From a virus (Duplodnaviria; Caudoviricetes), in the IMG/VR virus record IMGVR_UViG_3300037419_000207, positions 1 to 49,168 of that record: DNA of 49,168 nucleotides. The stretch is one strand, 5' to 3'. Below, one piece after another: positions 7,541 through 17,060 of the stretch (positions within the stretch are counted from its first letter, which is position 1; the number at the start of each line of letters is the position of its first letter). The notes beneath the pieces were generated by a model, which saw only the letters and a list, made by a program, of their open reading frames with translations, was not told the DNA's origin and ran no database searches. The position numbers were made by a program, and so were the translations under genes.

Positions 7541-8497
7541 ATGACTGTTGCACCCGGTACTACTACGCCACAGACCCGGGAGACTCGCACAGACCAGTTT
7601 GACGCTGGTTTCCTGCGTCCCGAGCGTGCGGCTAATTACTTCGAGGAAGCTCGAAAGTCTTCGATCGTTATGCAGATGGGTCGTCAGATTCCGGTGGGAA
7701 TTAACGGCCAGGAATTCGCGTACTCGACTGCGAAGGCTACCGCCGGATGGGTCGGGGAAGGTGGGCGTAAGCCAACCACTGAATCGGCCATCGCGCTAAA
7801 GAGCTTCAAGCCTGCCAAGATCGCTGCTATCTCCGTCGTTTCGGCCGAGGTTGTGCGTGCGAACCCTGGCAACTACATGGAGATTCTTCGCGCCGACATC
7901 GCGGAAGCTTTCGCTATCGCGTTCGACAACGCGGTTCTTCACGGAACCAACGCGCCAGCCGCTTTCGGTGCTGCGTTGGATACCACAACTAAGAAGATTG
8001 AGCTTGGCACTACAGCCAAGGCTAACGGTGGGGTTTACGGCGATTTGGTCGCCGGTCTTAAGCTCCTGGTCGATGACGGTAAGAAGCTAACCGGTCTCGC
8101 GTTTGATAAGCGGGTTGAGCCTACTTTCCTTGGCGCGGTGGACAACAACGGTCGCCCACTGTTCGTGGAGTCGACTTACACCGCCGGACAGTCGGTTGTG
8201 CCCGGACACATCATCGGTCGCCCTGCGGTGCTCGGTGACAATATCGCTACTCCGGTTGTAGCCGGTACCCCGAACACTGGCGGAATCGTTGGTTACGGTG
8301 GCGATTGGTCGCAGATCGTTTGGGGTGTTGTTTCGGGTCTGTCGTACGACGTTTCGACTCAGGCAACGGTGACTCTGAACGGTGAGACTGTCTCGCTGTG
8401 GGAGAACAACCTTGTTGCTATCCGTGTGGAGGCCGAGTACGGCGTACTTCACAACGGTGTAGAAAACTTCGTCGTATTCACGGATAACACTATCTGA
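7541..8497 (+). CDS. Major capsid protein (HK97 fold)
   Basis: AGWVGEG..KP, KIA.I..VS.E, GDWSQ and SLWENNLVAIRVEAEYG, as in L5 gp17-like capsids. Confidence 0.95.
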   Translation: MTVAPGTTTPQTRETRTDQFDAGFLRPERAANYFEEARKSSIVMQMGRQIPVGINGQEFAYSTAKATAGWVGEGGRKPTTESAIALKSFKPAKIAAISVVSAEVVRANPGNYMEILRADIAEAFAIAFDNAVLHGTNAPAAFGAALDTTTKKIELGTTAKANGGVYGDLVAGLKLLVDDGKKLTGLAFDKRVEPTFLGAVDNNGRPLFVESTYTAGQSVVPGHIIGRPAVLGDNIATPVVAGTPNTGGIVGYGGDWSQIVWGVVSGLSYDVSTQATVTLNGETVSLWENNLVAIRVEAEYGVLHNGVENFVVFTDNTI

Positions 8498-8498
8498 T

Positions 8499-8663
8499 AT
8501 GCGACTACGTGACCCGAAAGCGGGCACGGTCGTTCACGTTGGGGATGCTCAGGCCGCTCGCTATTTGGCGAGCGGCTGGGTTGACGCTGATAGCGCTCCG
8601 GAGACCGAAACAGATTCTCCCGAGCCCCGTAAACGCGGCCGTCCCCGTAAAACAGACAGCTAA
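8499..8663 (+). CDS. Small head-associated hypothetical protein (54 aa, ends RKRGRPRKTDS)
   Basis: ATG 1 nt after the MCP stop; fills the gap to the next gene; below the ORF track cut-off. Confidence 0.7.
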   Translation: MRLRDPKAGTVVHVGDAQAARYLASGWVDADSAPETETDSPEPRKRGRPRKTDS

Positions 8664-8679
8664 GCATTGAGGGCGTTAA

Positions 8680-9099
8680 ATGGCTATTGAATTCAATGTA
8701 GACGCCGACCTACGCCCCTTCGCCCCGGATATCGACACGGCTAAAGCTAACATCATGATTGCGGACGCTTTGGCTATGGCTCAGGCGTTCGCACCGTGCA
8801 TTTTCGAAGACGGGTTCACCAACACCGCTGCGGCTAAGGCAATCATTCGCGGAGCTATTCTCCGATGGAACGATGCCGGTACAGGCGCTAACACGAACGA
8901 CATGCTCGTTGCGGGACCGTTTACCAAAATGGGTACCCACGACAACAAGCAAGTTCGCAAGGTGGCTTTCTGGCCTTCGGAAATCAATGACCTACAGAAC
9001 TTGTGTGAAGGTCGTACCAACCGTCGTGCGTTCACCGTGGATTCGTACCCGGTCGCAGACACTTCGGTGTCTGAGCCCGATTGGGGTGGTTGGGTATGA
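8680..9099 (+). CDS. Head-to-tail adaptor
   Basis: A.APC, AKAIIRGAILRW and FWPSEI.DLQ.LC motifs; synteny. Confidence 0.8.
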   Translation: MAIEFNVDADLRPFAPDIDTAKANIMIADALAMAQAFAPCIFEDGFTNTAAAKAIIRGAILRWNDAGTGANTNDMLVAGPFTKMGTHDNKQVRKVAFWPSEINDLQNLCEGRTNRRAFTVDSYPVADTSVSEPDWGGWV

Positions 9100-9434
9100 C
9101 GTTCCCTACCCCGTACACGGTCCTCACAGAAGCGTATTCGGCTGGTAGTTACGACGCTCACGGCAACCCGGTTGACTCGTGGGCGGCTCCGGTACAACAG
9201 CGGGTTATCGGCTGGTATGTGCCGGTAGCTATTGAACCGAAGGTAGCCGGTCGGGATGCGGTAGTCGTTGACCTTGCGTTAATGGTTCCGCCGGATTTCA
9301 TTATCGGGCCTCTCGACCGTGTGACGGTCGCCGGGAATTCATTCGAGGTGATCGGATACCCGGAGGATTACACACACGGTCCGTTCGGATTCAACCCCGG
9401 ACTAGTGGTGAACCTTAAGCGGGTTGAGGGCTAG
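9096..9434 (+). CDS. Head-to-tail stopper
   Basis: DAHGNP, DRV and FEVIGYPEDY..GPFGF motifs; synteny. Confidence 0.8.
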   Translation: MTFPTPYTVLTEAYSAGSYDAHGNPVDSWAAPVQQRVIGWYVPVAIEPKVAGRDAVVVDLALMVPPDFIIGPLDRVTVAGNSFEVIGYPEDYTHGPFGFNPGLVVNLKRVEG

Positions 9435-9706
9435 TGGATACCAGCAAAGTTCGCATCGAATGGAACGATAAAGCGTTCGAAGAACTACGACGACTACCCA
9501 CGGTGAAAGCGGAACTGTACAAGCACGCGGTAGAAATCGCTACCGAGGCCAACGAAGCGCATAACGCTAAAGGGTATATCGCGGTTCAGGGAGAGGGTAA
9601 ATCCCGTTCCCGTGCTGCGGTGGTTACGTCCGATGGTCACTCTATCGCGTCGAACCAGAAACATCACACTCTGGAAAAGATCACCGCCGAGAAAGCTATT
9701 TCATGA
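9434..9706 (+). CDS. Neck/tail completion hypothetical protein
   Basis: Synteny; RSRAAVVT motif common at this position. Confidence 0.6.
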   Translation: MDTSKVRIEWNDKAFEELRRLPTVKAELYKHAVEIATEANEAHNAKGYIAVQGEGKSRSRAAVVTSDGHSIASNQKHHTLEKITAEKAIS

Positions 9707-10074
9707 GTGAGCTTGTCACTTTCCCGGATGTTGAGGCTTTGTGCGTAACGGCCCTGAATGGGTTTCTAACGGACGCGCGTGCGTCTACGAAGGTACCGAA
9801 CCCCCGACCGGCGAAGCTTGTCCGCGTGTCCCGTATCGGCGGACCACGGCGCAATGTCGGCATCGACGCACCGATTGTGTTGTTTGAGTGCTGGTCGACA
9901 GATGAAATCTCAGCGCAAGCGCTCGGCGCGAAAGTTCGCGCGTTCGTTTCGTCTATGGACGAATACGGCTATGAAGCGTCCGGGCTAGTCAATTATCCGG
10001 ACACAGAAACCAACCTACCGCGTTATCAGTTTCAAGCGGGGTTGTACCTAGCGGCGGAACCGCTGCAAATCTAA
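9703..10074 (+). CDS. Tail terminator
   Basis: VPNPRP, V.RIGG and PD...PRYQF motifs; precedes the major tail gene. Confidence 0.8.
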   Translation: MSELVTFPDVEALCVTALNGFLTDARASTKVPNPRPAKLVRVSRIGGPRRNVGIDAPIVLFECWSTDEISAQALGAKVRAFVSSMDEYGYEASGLVNYPDTETNLPRYQFQAGLYLAAEPLQI

Positions 10075-10096
10075 TTTTCTCTAGGAGACATTCTTT

Positions 10097-10678
10097 ATGT
10101 CCGCTAATTCTGTAGCGAAGGTTTCCGCCGGTAAGCCCAATGCGGCCGGTGGTATCTACATGGGAACCACTTCGGCAACCATGCCCACTGATTCGGATAC
10201 TGCGGTAGCCGGAACTTTTATCAAGCTTGGACTTGTGTCGGAAGACGGTCTAAAGGCGGCTGGTGACCGTAAGGTCGAGTCGATTAAGGACTGGTCGGGA
10301 GACATCATCGCTCAGCTACAGACTGAGCATTCGTCGGCTTTCACATTCACGCTGTACCAGGTTTACGACGCTGACGTTCAGAAGCTTGTGTTTGGTGACG
10401 CAAATGTCACTGTCACTGCGGCCACTGAGTCGAGCGGAACCAAGATGACCGTTACCGAAAACGGTGCGGAACTTGGCTACCGTTCGTTCATCTTCGATAT
10501 GAAGAACGGCGCGAAGACAGCGCGGTTCGTGCTTCCTAATGCTCAGGTTTCCGAGGTTAAGGAACACGATTACGTAGCGGGTGCCCTACAGGCTTTCGAT
10601 ATCACTGTTGAAGCTTACAAGGATGACGCCGGTAACAAGGTTTACCGCTACTACGACGATGGCGTTTTCACCGCCTGA
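10097..10678 (+). CDS. Major tail protein
   Basis: LG.VSEDG, IKDWSGD and FIFDMKNG motifs. Confidence 0.88.
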   Translation: MSANSVAKVSAGKPNAAGGIYMGTTSATMPTDSDTAVAGTFIKLGLVSEDGLKAAGDRKVESIKDWSGDIIAQLQTEHSSAFTFTLYQVYDADVQKLVFGDANVTVTAATESSGTKMTVTENGAELGYRSFIFDMKNGAKTARFVLPNAQVSEVKEHDYVAGALQAFDITVEAYKDDAGNKVYRYYDDGVFTA

Positions 10679-10688
10679 TAAATGAACT

Positions 10689-10728
10689 CCGGCCGGGGGA
10701 AAAGGGATTCGCCCCCGGTCGGTTCTTC
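10689..10728 (+). terminator. Hairpin after major tail gene (terminator/attenuator)
   Basis: CCGGCCGGGGG...CCCCCGGTCGG followed by TTCTT. Confidence 0.6.
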
Positions 10729-10764
10729 CAGGAATCCCGTTTGTTCTAGTAAAGGAATCCAATC

Positions 10765-11037
10765 ATGCCCCCACGTAAGAGCACTCCTGTAGAAAAGACC
10801 GATTTCACTTACACGCTGGAAGATGGCTCGACAATCTCGCTTCCTGCGTTCAATTCGGTTAAGCCTGGTCTGATTCGTCGTATCCGCAAGCTGTCGGACG
10901 TTGACCAGTTCTTCACTGTTCTAGAAGAACTAGCCGACGAAGACACAATCGTGAAGATTGACGACATGGATCACGAGACATTCGAGGATTTCCAGAAAGA
11001 ATGGTTCAAGCACTCAGGTGTTGACGTGGGGGAATGA
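10765..11037 (+). CDS. Tail assembly chaperone (gpG-like)
   Basis: Between major tail and tape measure genes; slippery GGGGGAA just before the stop. Confidence 0.85.
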   Translation: MPPRKSTPVEKTDFTYTLEDGSTISLPAFNSVKPGLIRRIRKLSDVDQFFTVLEELADEDTIVKIDDMDHETFEDFQKEWFKHSGVDVGE

Positions 11038-11438
11038 TCGGCCTTCTCGACATTATCGACGCTCACCCTGCGGCTGTAGAACGTGAGCTTATGTCGATTG
11101 GTGAGCGGCTACGGTATCTCGGTACCGAGCGGCTCACCTGGTCAGACTTGAAGGTCGTTATTCAGCAAGCCGCCCCGGATTCTCCAATCGTCCGCGCGCT
11201 AAACCCGGACGCATACATTTGGACTAACACTAATCAGCTTGTAGCTGATATCGCGGATTCGTTGCACTGGTTGTGCTGGACGAAGACCAAAGGCGCTCAG
11301 AAAAACCCGCCTGAGGGTATGCCGAATCCGATTAAACGCCCCGGCATTGTCGAGCCCAAGGGAGAAGTTTACAAATACGACGTTATGCCACAAGACGACA
11401 TGTTGGCGTGGCTTGGGTGGGATGCACCCACCGACTAA
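10765..11438 (+). CDS. Tail assembly chaperone, -1 frameshift product (gpGT-like)
   Basis: G GGG GAA at 11028-11034 shifts -1 into ORF 11034-11438. Confidence 0.85.
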
Positions 11439-11450
11439 TAAGGGATTCAC

Positions 11451-14400
11451 GTGGCTATTGAAATCGCAACCGCGTACGTCTCCATTCTCCCGTCTACGGC
11501 ACGGCTTAAGCCCGCGATCCGTCAAGCCCTGAAAGAAGTTCAGGCGGAAGCGGACCGTAACCCGGTAGAGGTTAAGAGCAAAACCGATAACCGTGCGCTA
11601 CAGGCGACGGCTAAGGCTCTCTCGGGTATCGGTGCCGCTTCTGCTGGTGTCTCTGCGGCCGGTGCCGGTATCGCGGCTATCGGTGGTGCGGCCGGTCTTG
11701 CCGCTGGCGCTGTAGGCGCTCTGGGCATCGGTATGGCTGCGCTCGGTGGAGCTGCGGCGGCTGGTGTTGCAACCGTCGCGGTTGGTGTTCACGGCGTCGC
11801 GGACGCTTTCAAGGCTGCAAAGGCGGCTCAGGAATCTTACGCGGATGACGCTGCGGCTAAAGCGAAGGCTGTCGAGTCAGCACAGAAGGGTGTTACGTCT
11901 GCGCTGCGTTCTCAGCAGTCGGCCGAACGCCAGCTCCGCGACGCTAAGCGTGCCTCTCAGTCGGCCGAGGAAGACCTAACACGTACCCGCAAGGATGAAA
12001 CGCGGGCACTCGAAGATTTGAACCGTCAGGTTGCCAAGGGCAAGCTTGACGAAGAAGGTGCGGCTCTGGCTGTAGCCGAAGCTGAGCGGGACCTACAAAA
12101 GGCTCGCATGTCGTCTACTGACCCGCTGGAAATTGCGGATGCTCAGCACCGACTAAACGAAGCGCTTTCGGATCAGCAGGACGTACTAATTCGGAATGCT
12201 CGCACTCAGCAGGAAGCTAACGAAGCTAACGCCAAGGGTGTTGAAGGTTCCGACAAAGTTGTTGCTGCGAAAGACCGTGTAGCTAAGGCTAATGAAGGTG
12301 TCGAGACTGCACAGCAGGCGGTAGCGGATTCTAACGCTCAGCTATTGGAAGCGACTAAAGCGCTTTCGGATGCTCAGAACCAGTCGAGCGCGTCCGCTAA
12401 GAAATACGACGAAGCGCTTTCCAAGTTGTCTCCGAACGCTCAGGCGTTCGTACAACAGATGGTTGCGCTTGGTCCGGCTATGTCGAACTCGCTGGGAAAG
12501 CCAGTTCAGGACGCGCTATTTGCGAATCTAGCGACCGACTTCGCGAGCCTGGCAACTACCTCGATTCCCGCTCTACGTGAGGGTATGACAGGCGTTGCCG
12601 GTGCGATCAATAACGCGGGTCGCTCGTTCGCTTCGTTCATGTCTCAGGCTTCCTCACAGGACGCTATTCGCGCTGCGTTCGCGGGTACGCGAGACGTAAT
12701 CAACGGTTCTATCGGTGGTATCCAGACTCTTACTCAGGGTCTCATGAACATGACCATTGCGGCTCAGCCAGCAATGGCAAGTATCGGTAATTCCATCGGT
12801 GTCATGTTCGGCTCGCTCGGTAGCACCCTGACACAGCTTGCTAATTCGGGTGCGCTGACAACACTGTTCCAGAACTTCGCGGGGATTCTCGCTTCGCTTG
12901 GTCCGACTCTTTCGGGCCTGGTCAATGCGCTAGTGACAATGGGTAATGCTGCGGCTCCCGGTATCGAAGCGTTGTTTAACGCGCTGGGTCCGGCTCTACA
13001 GAATATCGCTGGTCCACTGGGTCAGCTCGGTAATCTGTTCGGCCAGGCGCTAGCAAGTATCCTGCCGACTCTCTCGCAGCTTATTTCGGGTCTGGCTACC
13101 GGGCTACAGCCGGTTCTACCGATCATCGCTCAGTTGCTTAACTCGCTGGGTACTGCGCTTATGCCGCTGATCGGTCCTATCTCGCAGATCACTCAGGTAT
13201 TCGGTACCGCGCTGGTTCAGGCGATTGACGCGCTCGCTCCGGCGGTTGGTCCGCTAGGAACCGCTTTCGCTTCGTTGGTGAATGCGCTGGCTCCGATTCT
13301 GCCGCTGATTGCTCAGGTTATTTCGATGTTCGTTCAGGCGCTCGCGCCTGCGCTAACAACGATCTTTAACGCTTTCGCTCCGGTAATTCAGCAGCTTGTT
13401 TCGCAGCTACAGCCGATTTTCCAGCAGATTGCACCCGTCCTCTCGCTGGTCGCGAACACAATCGCGACGGTTCTAACTCAGGCGCTACAGGCGCTAGCTC
13501 CGGTTCTACCGATCATCATTGACGCTTTCATGCAGTGGCTACAGGCCATTATGCCGCTGATTCCGTCGCTAATGGAATTGGTTCTAGCGGTGCTGCCCGT
13601 GATGGTTGAACTAATCAACTTGCTGGTTCCGGTAATCGGTAAGTTCGCGGACGTACTTTCGTGGCTCGCTACCAACGTGCTCGGCGGAATTCTAGTGCCG
13701 ATCCTACAGTCGGTAATCGGGTTCCTGGCTAATGACCTAGGACCTATCTTCACTTGGCTGTGGCAGGACGTAATTCAGCCAGCTTGGACCGGTATCGGCT
13801 CGGTCTTCTCGTTCGTTTGGAATTCGATCCTAAAGCCGATCTTTGGTGCTTTCGGCGAAGCAATCCGAATTGCGGCGGGAATTCTCCTAACTGTTCTTAT
13901 TGCTCCGGCAATGATCGCTTGGAATCTATTCGGCGGTGCTATTAAGTCCGTCTACAATTCGCTTATCAAGCCAATCTTTGAAGCTTTCGGCGATTCCGCT
14001 ATGTGGCTTTGGCAGAATGCTTTGAAACCAGCTTGGGACGGAATCGGAGCGGTAATTTCCGGAGTCTACGACTCCGTGATTAAGCCGACCCTAGACGGAA
14101 TCCATGTAGCCCTAGATGGGCTCGGAGATTTCTTCCAGTTTATCTGGGATAAAGTAATCTCGCCCGCCTGGTCCGCACTGGGTACCGGACTGAAATTCGT
14201 CTACGACAAGGTGATTTCACCGGTCTTTGACGGAATCAAGTCCGCGCTAGGTCTCGTTAAGGATGCGTTCAAGACCGCTGTCGATTACATCGGCAAGGTT
14301 TGGGACGGTATCAAAAAGGTAATGGCCGATCCGATTAACTTCGTGATCGACAAAATCCTTAATAACGGTATCTTCGCTGCGTGGAATAAGGTTGCTGGGT

Positions 14401-16082
14401 TCCTGCAACTACCCGAGATTAAGGGTATCGAGCCTATCAAGCTCGCTACCGGTGGTTATGTTTCGGGTGCGGGTGGTCCAAAAGACGACTTGATTCCTGC
14501 GATGTTGTCGAACGGTGAGTTCGTTCTGAACGCGGCTACTGTGTCGCGTATCGGTGTGGACAACCTAAACCGTATCAACGGTGGTGGAACCGCCGATGGA
14601 CTCGCGTCGCTTGTGCCTAAATTCAATGCCGGTGGTGAGGTCGAAGCGAGCCTGATCCGTGCACACGAGTTCGCCCGTTCTATGGACGGTCGCGCTTACC
14701 TCATGGGTGGCGAAGCTCCCGGACCTACCGACTGTTCCGGATTCATGTCCGCTATTGCGGACGTGGTTCTAGGCGGCTCGGGTCATGGGCGCTGGTGGGC
14801 AACTACCGCGTTCCCTAAGTCTCAGGCTTCGAACGTTACTGCGGGTGGTCAGCACTGGGCCGGTGGGCTCGGTAAGGGATTCTCTATCGGTGTCCTGGGT
14901 GGCGCTGATTCCGGCGGAGCTAACGGCCACACGGCCGGAACTCTAACCGGGGCCGGTAAGTACCCGACTATCAATGTCGAGTCCGGCGGTTCGCACGGAA
15001 ACGTTGCGTACGGTGGTCCGGCTGCGGGTGCGGATTCGCGCCAGTTCCCGACTCAGTACCACTTGCCGTTCATTGACGGCATGTTCGAGTCCGGGGGTTC
15101 AGGCGGGGGTCTATTTGGCTCTGTAACGCACTGGCTCCGCGACAAGGTAGGTGACCTATTCGAGAAGCCCGTTCGGGCGCTAGAAGGGCTAATCCCGGTC
15201 TTCCCGGGTGCCTACGGTGCGACACCTAAAGCGGTCTACCACAAGATTGCCGATGCAACTATCGACTTCGTTAAGGGCAAGGCCAGCAGCGAAGACGGTA
15301 ACGCGGGGCTCGGTGTTCCGGGTACCGGTCCGGTTCAGGACCAGGTGCGCCAGGCGTTCAGTCGTTACGGCTGGGGAGACGGTGACCAGTGGGCTGCGGC
15401 TGCGTGGATTATCGCGCATGAATCGTCGTGGAACCCGACAGCACGTAACCCCGAATCGGGGGCGTTCGGTCTAGCTCAGTTCCTTGGGTCGACTAAGGAT
15501 GCGTACCTACCGGACGAGAACCCGAACCCGGGTGTTCAGGGTGACGCTATGGCTCGGTATATCCGTGACCGTTACGGCACTCCGAAGGCTGCACAACAGT
15601 TCTGGATGGCTCACAACTGGTACGACTCCGGCGGTATCTTCCCGAACAACTCGATTGGTATTAACCAGTCGGGTAAGCCTGAGGCTGTTCTTACACACGA
15701 TCAGTGGAAACTATTCACCAAGTTTGTTGAGCTTCTAGGCCAGGGAAAGCTAAGCGAAGCTATCGGTTCGCTTAACAACGGTCCTGCGTCGTCTCCGGTA
15801 ATCGTGGTACAGACGGGTAATCCGAATGATCCGAACCCGATTACGCCGGTTGCTCCGGGAACTCAGCTCACCGCTGAGAACGTAACCCAGCGCCTACAGG
15901 GAATCGGTTCGGACTTCGTTTCGGCGAATGTCGACCAGTTCCTAGGCGATATCGGTACACGTTCCTCGGGTGGTGCGGTTCAGGAATTGGTTAAGCAAAT
16001 TCAGACGGCTATGGCTCAGCAGATCGCACAGCAGCTAGCACAGCAGCGAGCGCAGGCGGCTCCGTTCGTCGGTCGCCGCTAA
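11451..16082 (+). CDS. Tape measure protein with C-terminal muralytic domains
   Basis: 1543 aa, AYVSILPS N-terminus, Ala/Gln-rich and W-periodic repeats; DCSG motif and HESSWNP.A.N..SGAFGLAQF lytic-transglycosylase motif. Confidence 0.95.
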   Translation: MAIEIATAYVSILPSTARLKPAIRQALKEVQAEADRNPVEVKSKTDNRALQATAKALSGIGAASAGVSAAGAGIAAIGGAAGLAAGAVGALGIGMAALGGAAAAGVATVAVGVHGVADAFKAAKAAQESYADDAAAKAKAVESAQKGVTSALRSQQSAERQLRDAKRASQSAEEDLTRTRKDETRALEDLNRQVAKGKLDEEGAALAVAEAERDLQKARMSSTDPLEIADAQHRLNEALSDQQDVLIRNARTQQEANEANAKGVEGSDKVVAAKDRVAKANEGVETAQQAVADSNAQLLEATKALSDAQNQSSASAKKYDEALSKLSPNAQAFVQQMVALGPAMSNSLGKPVQDALFANLATDFASLATTSIPALREGMTGVAGAINNAGRSFASFMSQASSQDAIRAAFAGTRDVINGSIGGIQTLTQGLMNMTIAAQPAMASIGNSIGVMFGSLGSTLTQLANSGALTTLFQNFAGILASLGPTLSGLVNALVTMGNAAAPGIEALFNALGPALQNIAGPLGQLGNLFGQALASILPTLSQLISGLATGLQPVLPIIAQLLNSLGTALMPLIGPISQITQVFGTALVQAIDALAPAVGPLGTAFASLVNALAPILPLIAQVISMFVQALAPALTTIFNAFAPVIQQLVSQLQPIFQQIAPVLSLVANTIATVLTQALQALAPVLPIIIDAFMQWLQAIMPLIPSLMELVLAVLPVMVELINLLVPVIGKFADVLSWLATNVLGGILVPILQSVIGFLANDLGPIFTWLWQDVIQPAWTGIGSVFSFVWNSILKPIFGAFGEAIRIAAGILLTVLIAPAMIAWNLFGGAIKSVYNSLIKPIFEAFGDSAMWLWQNALKPAWDGIGAVISGVYDSVIKPTLDGIHVALDGLGDFFQFIWDKVISPAWSALGTGLKFVYDKVISPVFDGIKSALGLVKDAFKTAVDYIGKVWDGIKKVMADPINFVIDKILNNGIFAAWNKVAGFLQLPEIKGIEPIKLATGGYVSGAGGPKDDLIPAMLSNGEFVLNAATVSRIGVDNLNRINGGGTADGLASLVPKFNAGGEVEASLIRAHEFARSMDGRAYLMGGEAPGPTDCSGFMSAIADVVLGGSGHGRWWATTAFPKSQASNVTAGGQHWAGGLGKGFSIGVLGGADSGGANGHTAGTLTGAGKYPTINVESGGSHGNVAYGGPAAGADSRQFPTQYHLPFIDGMFESGGSGGGLFGSVTHWLRDKVGDLFEKPVRALEGLIPVFPGAYGATPKAVYHKIADATIDFVKGKASSEDGNAGLGVPGTGPVQDQVRQAFSRYGWGDGDQWAAAAWIIAHESSWNPTARNPESGAFGLAQFLGSTKDAYLPDENPNPGVQGDAMARYIRDRYGTPKAAQQFWMAHNWYDSGGIFPNNSIGINQSGKPEAVLTHDQWKLFTKFVELLGQGKLSEAIGSLNNGPASSPVIVVQTGNPNDPNPITPVAPGTQLTAENVTQRLQGIGSDFVSANVDQFLGDIGTRSSGGAVQELVKQIQTAMAQQIAQQLAQQRAQAAPFVGRR

Positions 16083-16087
16083 TAGAC

Positions 16088-16121
16088 GGGGAGGGTCGGG
16101 TATTCCGGCCCTCTTCTTTTT
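16088..16121 (+). terminator. Intrinsic terminator after tape measure gene
   Basis: GGGGAGGGTCGG...CCGGCCCTCTTC followed by TTTTT. Confidence 0.65.
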
Positions 16122-16142
16122 CATGCATCCCAGAGAGCTTAA

Positions 16143-17060
16143 ATGGACACAATTATTCAGGTCGAGTCTTGGGATGGTCAGTTCTGGACTATTGCCGGTC
16201 AAGGCAAGGGAGACCGGGGCGTATGGCTCGGCGAAGACGTTTCCGGATTCTGGTACGCACCCACATCAACGATGTGGAATTCCACCGCGTTTCAGGATGG
16301 CGCAGACTTCGGCGGTACCCGCGTAGACAAACGAACTCTTACGTTCGACGTGGAGATTTTGAAGACTCCCGGCTCTACTTGGGAGAAGAATTGGAGCGAC
16401 TTTATTCGGGCGTTCCGGACCGACCGTGAAACTAAAATCTGGTACGAGACCGAAACGTCTCGCCGGTTTTTGATTGTTCGTCTCTCGAAGAACGCTGATA
16501 TGCGTCCGAAAATTGACCCTCAGCGGTCGGGACATTCGACAGTCACTATCGAAGTGGTTGCCGGTGACCCGTACTGGTACGAAGACGTAGAAGTATCGGA
16601 GTTCATCGCGGAGACCGACACCACCGTTTCCGGCATGGAGAACGGCACGGTAGCGCTCTATAACGAGACACCCCTATTCATGTGGCCGGTGTGGGTTTTC
16701 CAGGGCACAGCGGGGATTGTGTGGCGTATTCCGGACTGGTCTTTCGGCCAGGAAGCTATGCATGACCGACCAGACGGGGCGGACGCTACCCGACGCATCA
16801 TCATGGCACCGACCATCGAAAATGAACACGTCGTAGTTGACGTTGACCCGATGGCTAAGAACGGCCAGTTTAATTCTTCGCTAGACACTGAATATCAGCT
16901 ACGTATGGGCGGTGTTCGGTTTATGTACCCGGTTCCGGATTACACCGGGACGAAGGCTAACCCGATTCTATTGCCGGTGTCTGTCTCTGGCGCACCTATC
17001 GGGGCTGGAATCCAGCTTCGTATGCGTCGCGCGTGGCCGACACCTATGGGAATGTGGTAA
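16143..17060 (+). CDS. Minor tail protein (distal tail, L5 gp27-like)
   Basis: GDRGVWL, VVAGDPYW motifs; follows the tape measure gene. Confidence 0.85.
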   Translation: MDTIIQVESWDGQFWTIAGQGKGDRGVWLGEDVSGFWYAPTSTMWNSTAFQDGADFGGTRVDKRTLTFDVEILKTPGSTWEKNWSDFIRAFRTDRETKIWYETETSRRFLIVRLSKNADMRPKIDPQRSGHSTVTIEVVAGDPYWYEDVEVSEFIAETDTTVSGMENGTVALYNETPLFMWPVWVFQGTAGIVWRIPDWSFGQEAMHDRPDGADATRRIIMAPTIENEHVVVDVDPMAKNGQFNSSLDTEYQLRMGGVRFMYPVPDYTGTKANPILLPVSVSGAPIGAGIQLRMRRAWPTPMGMW

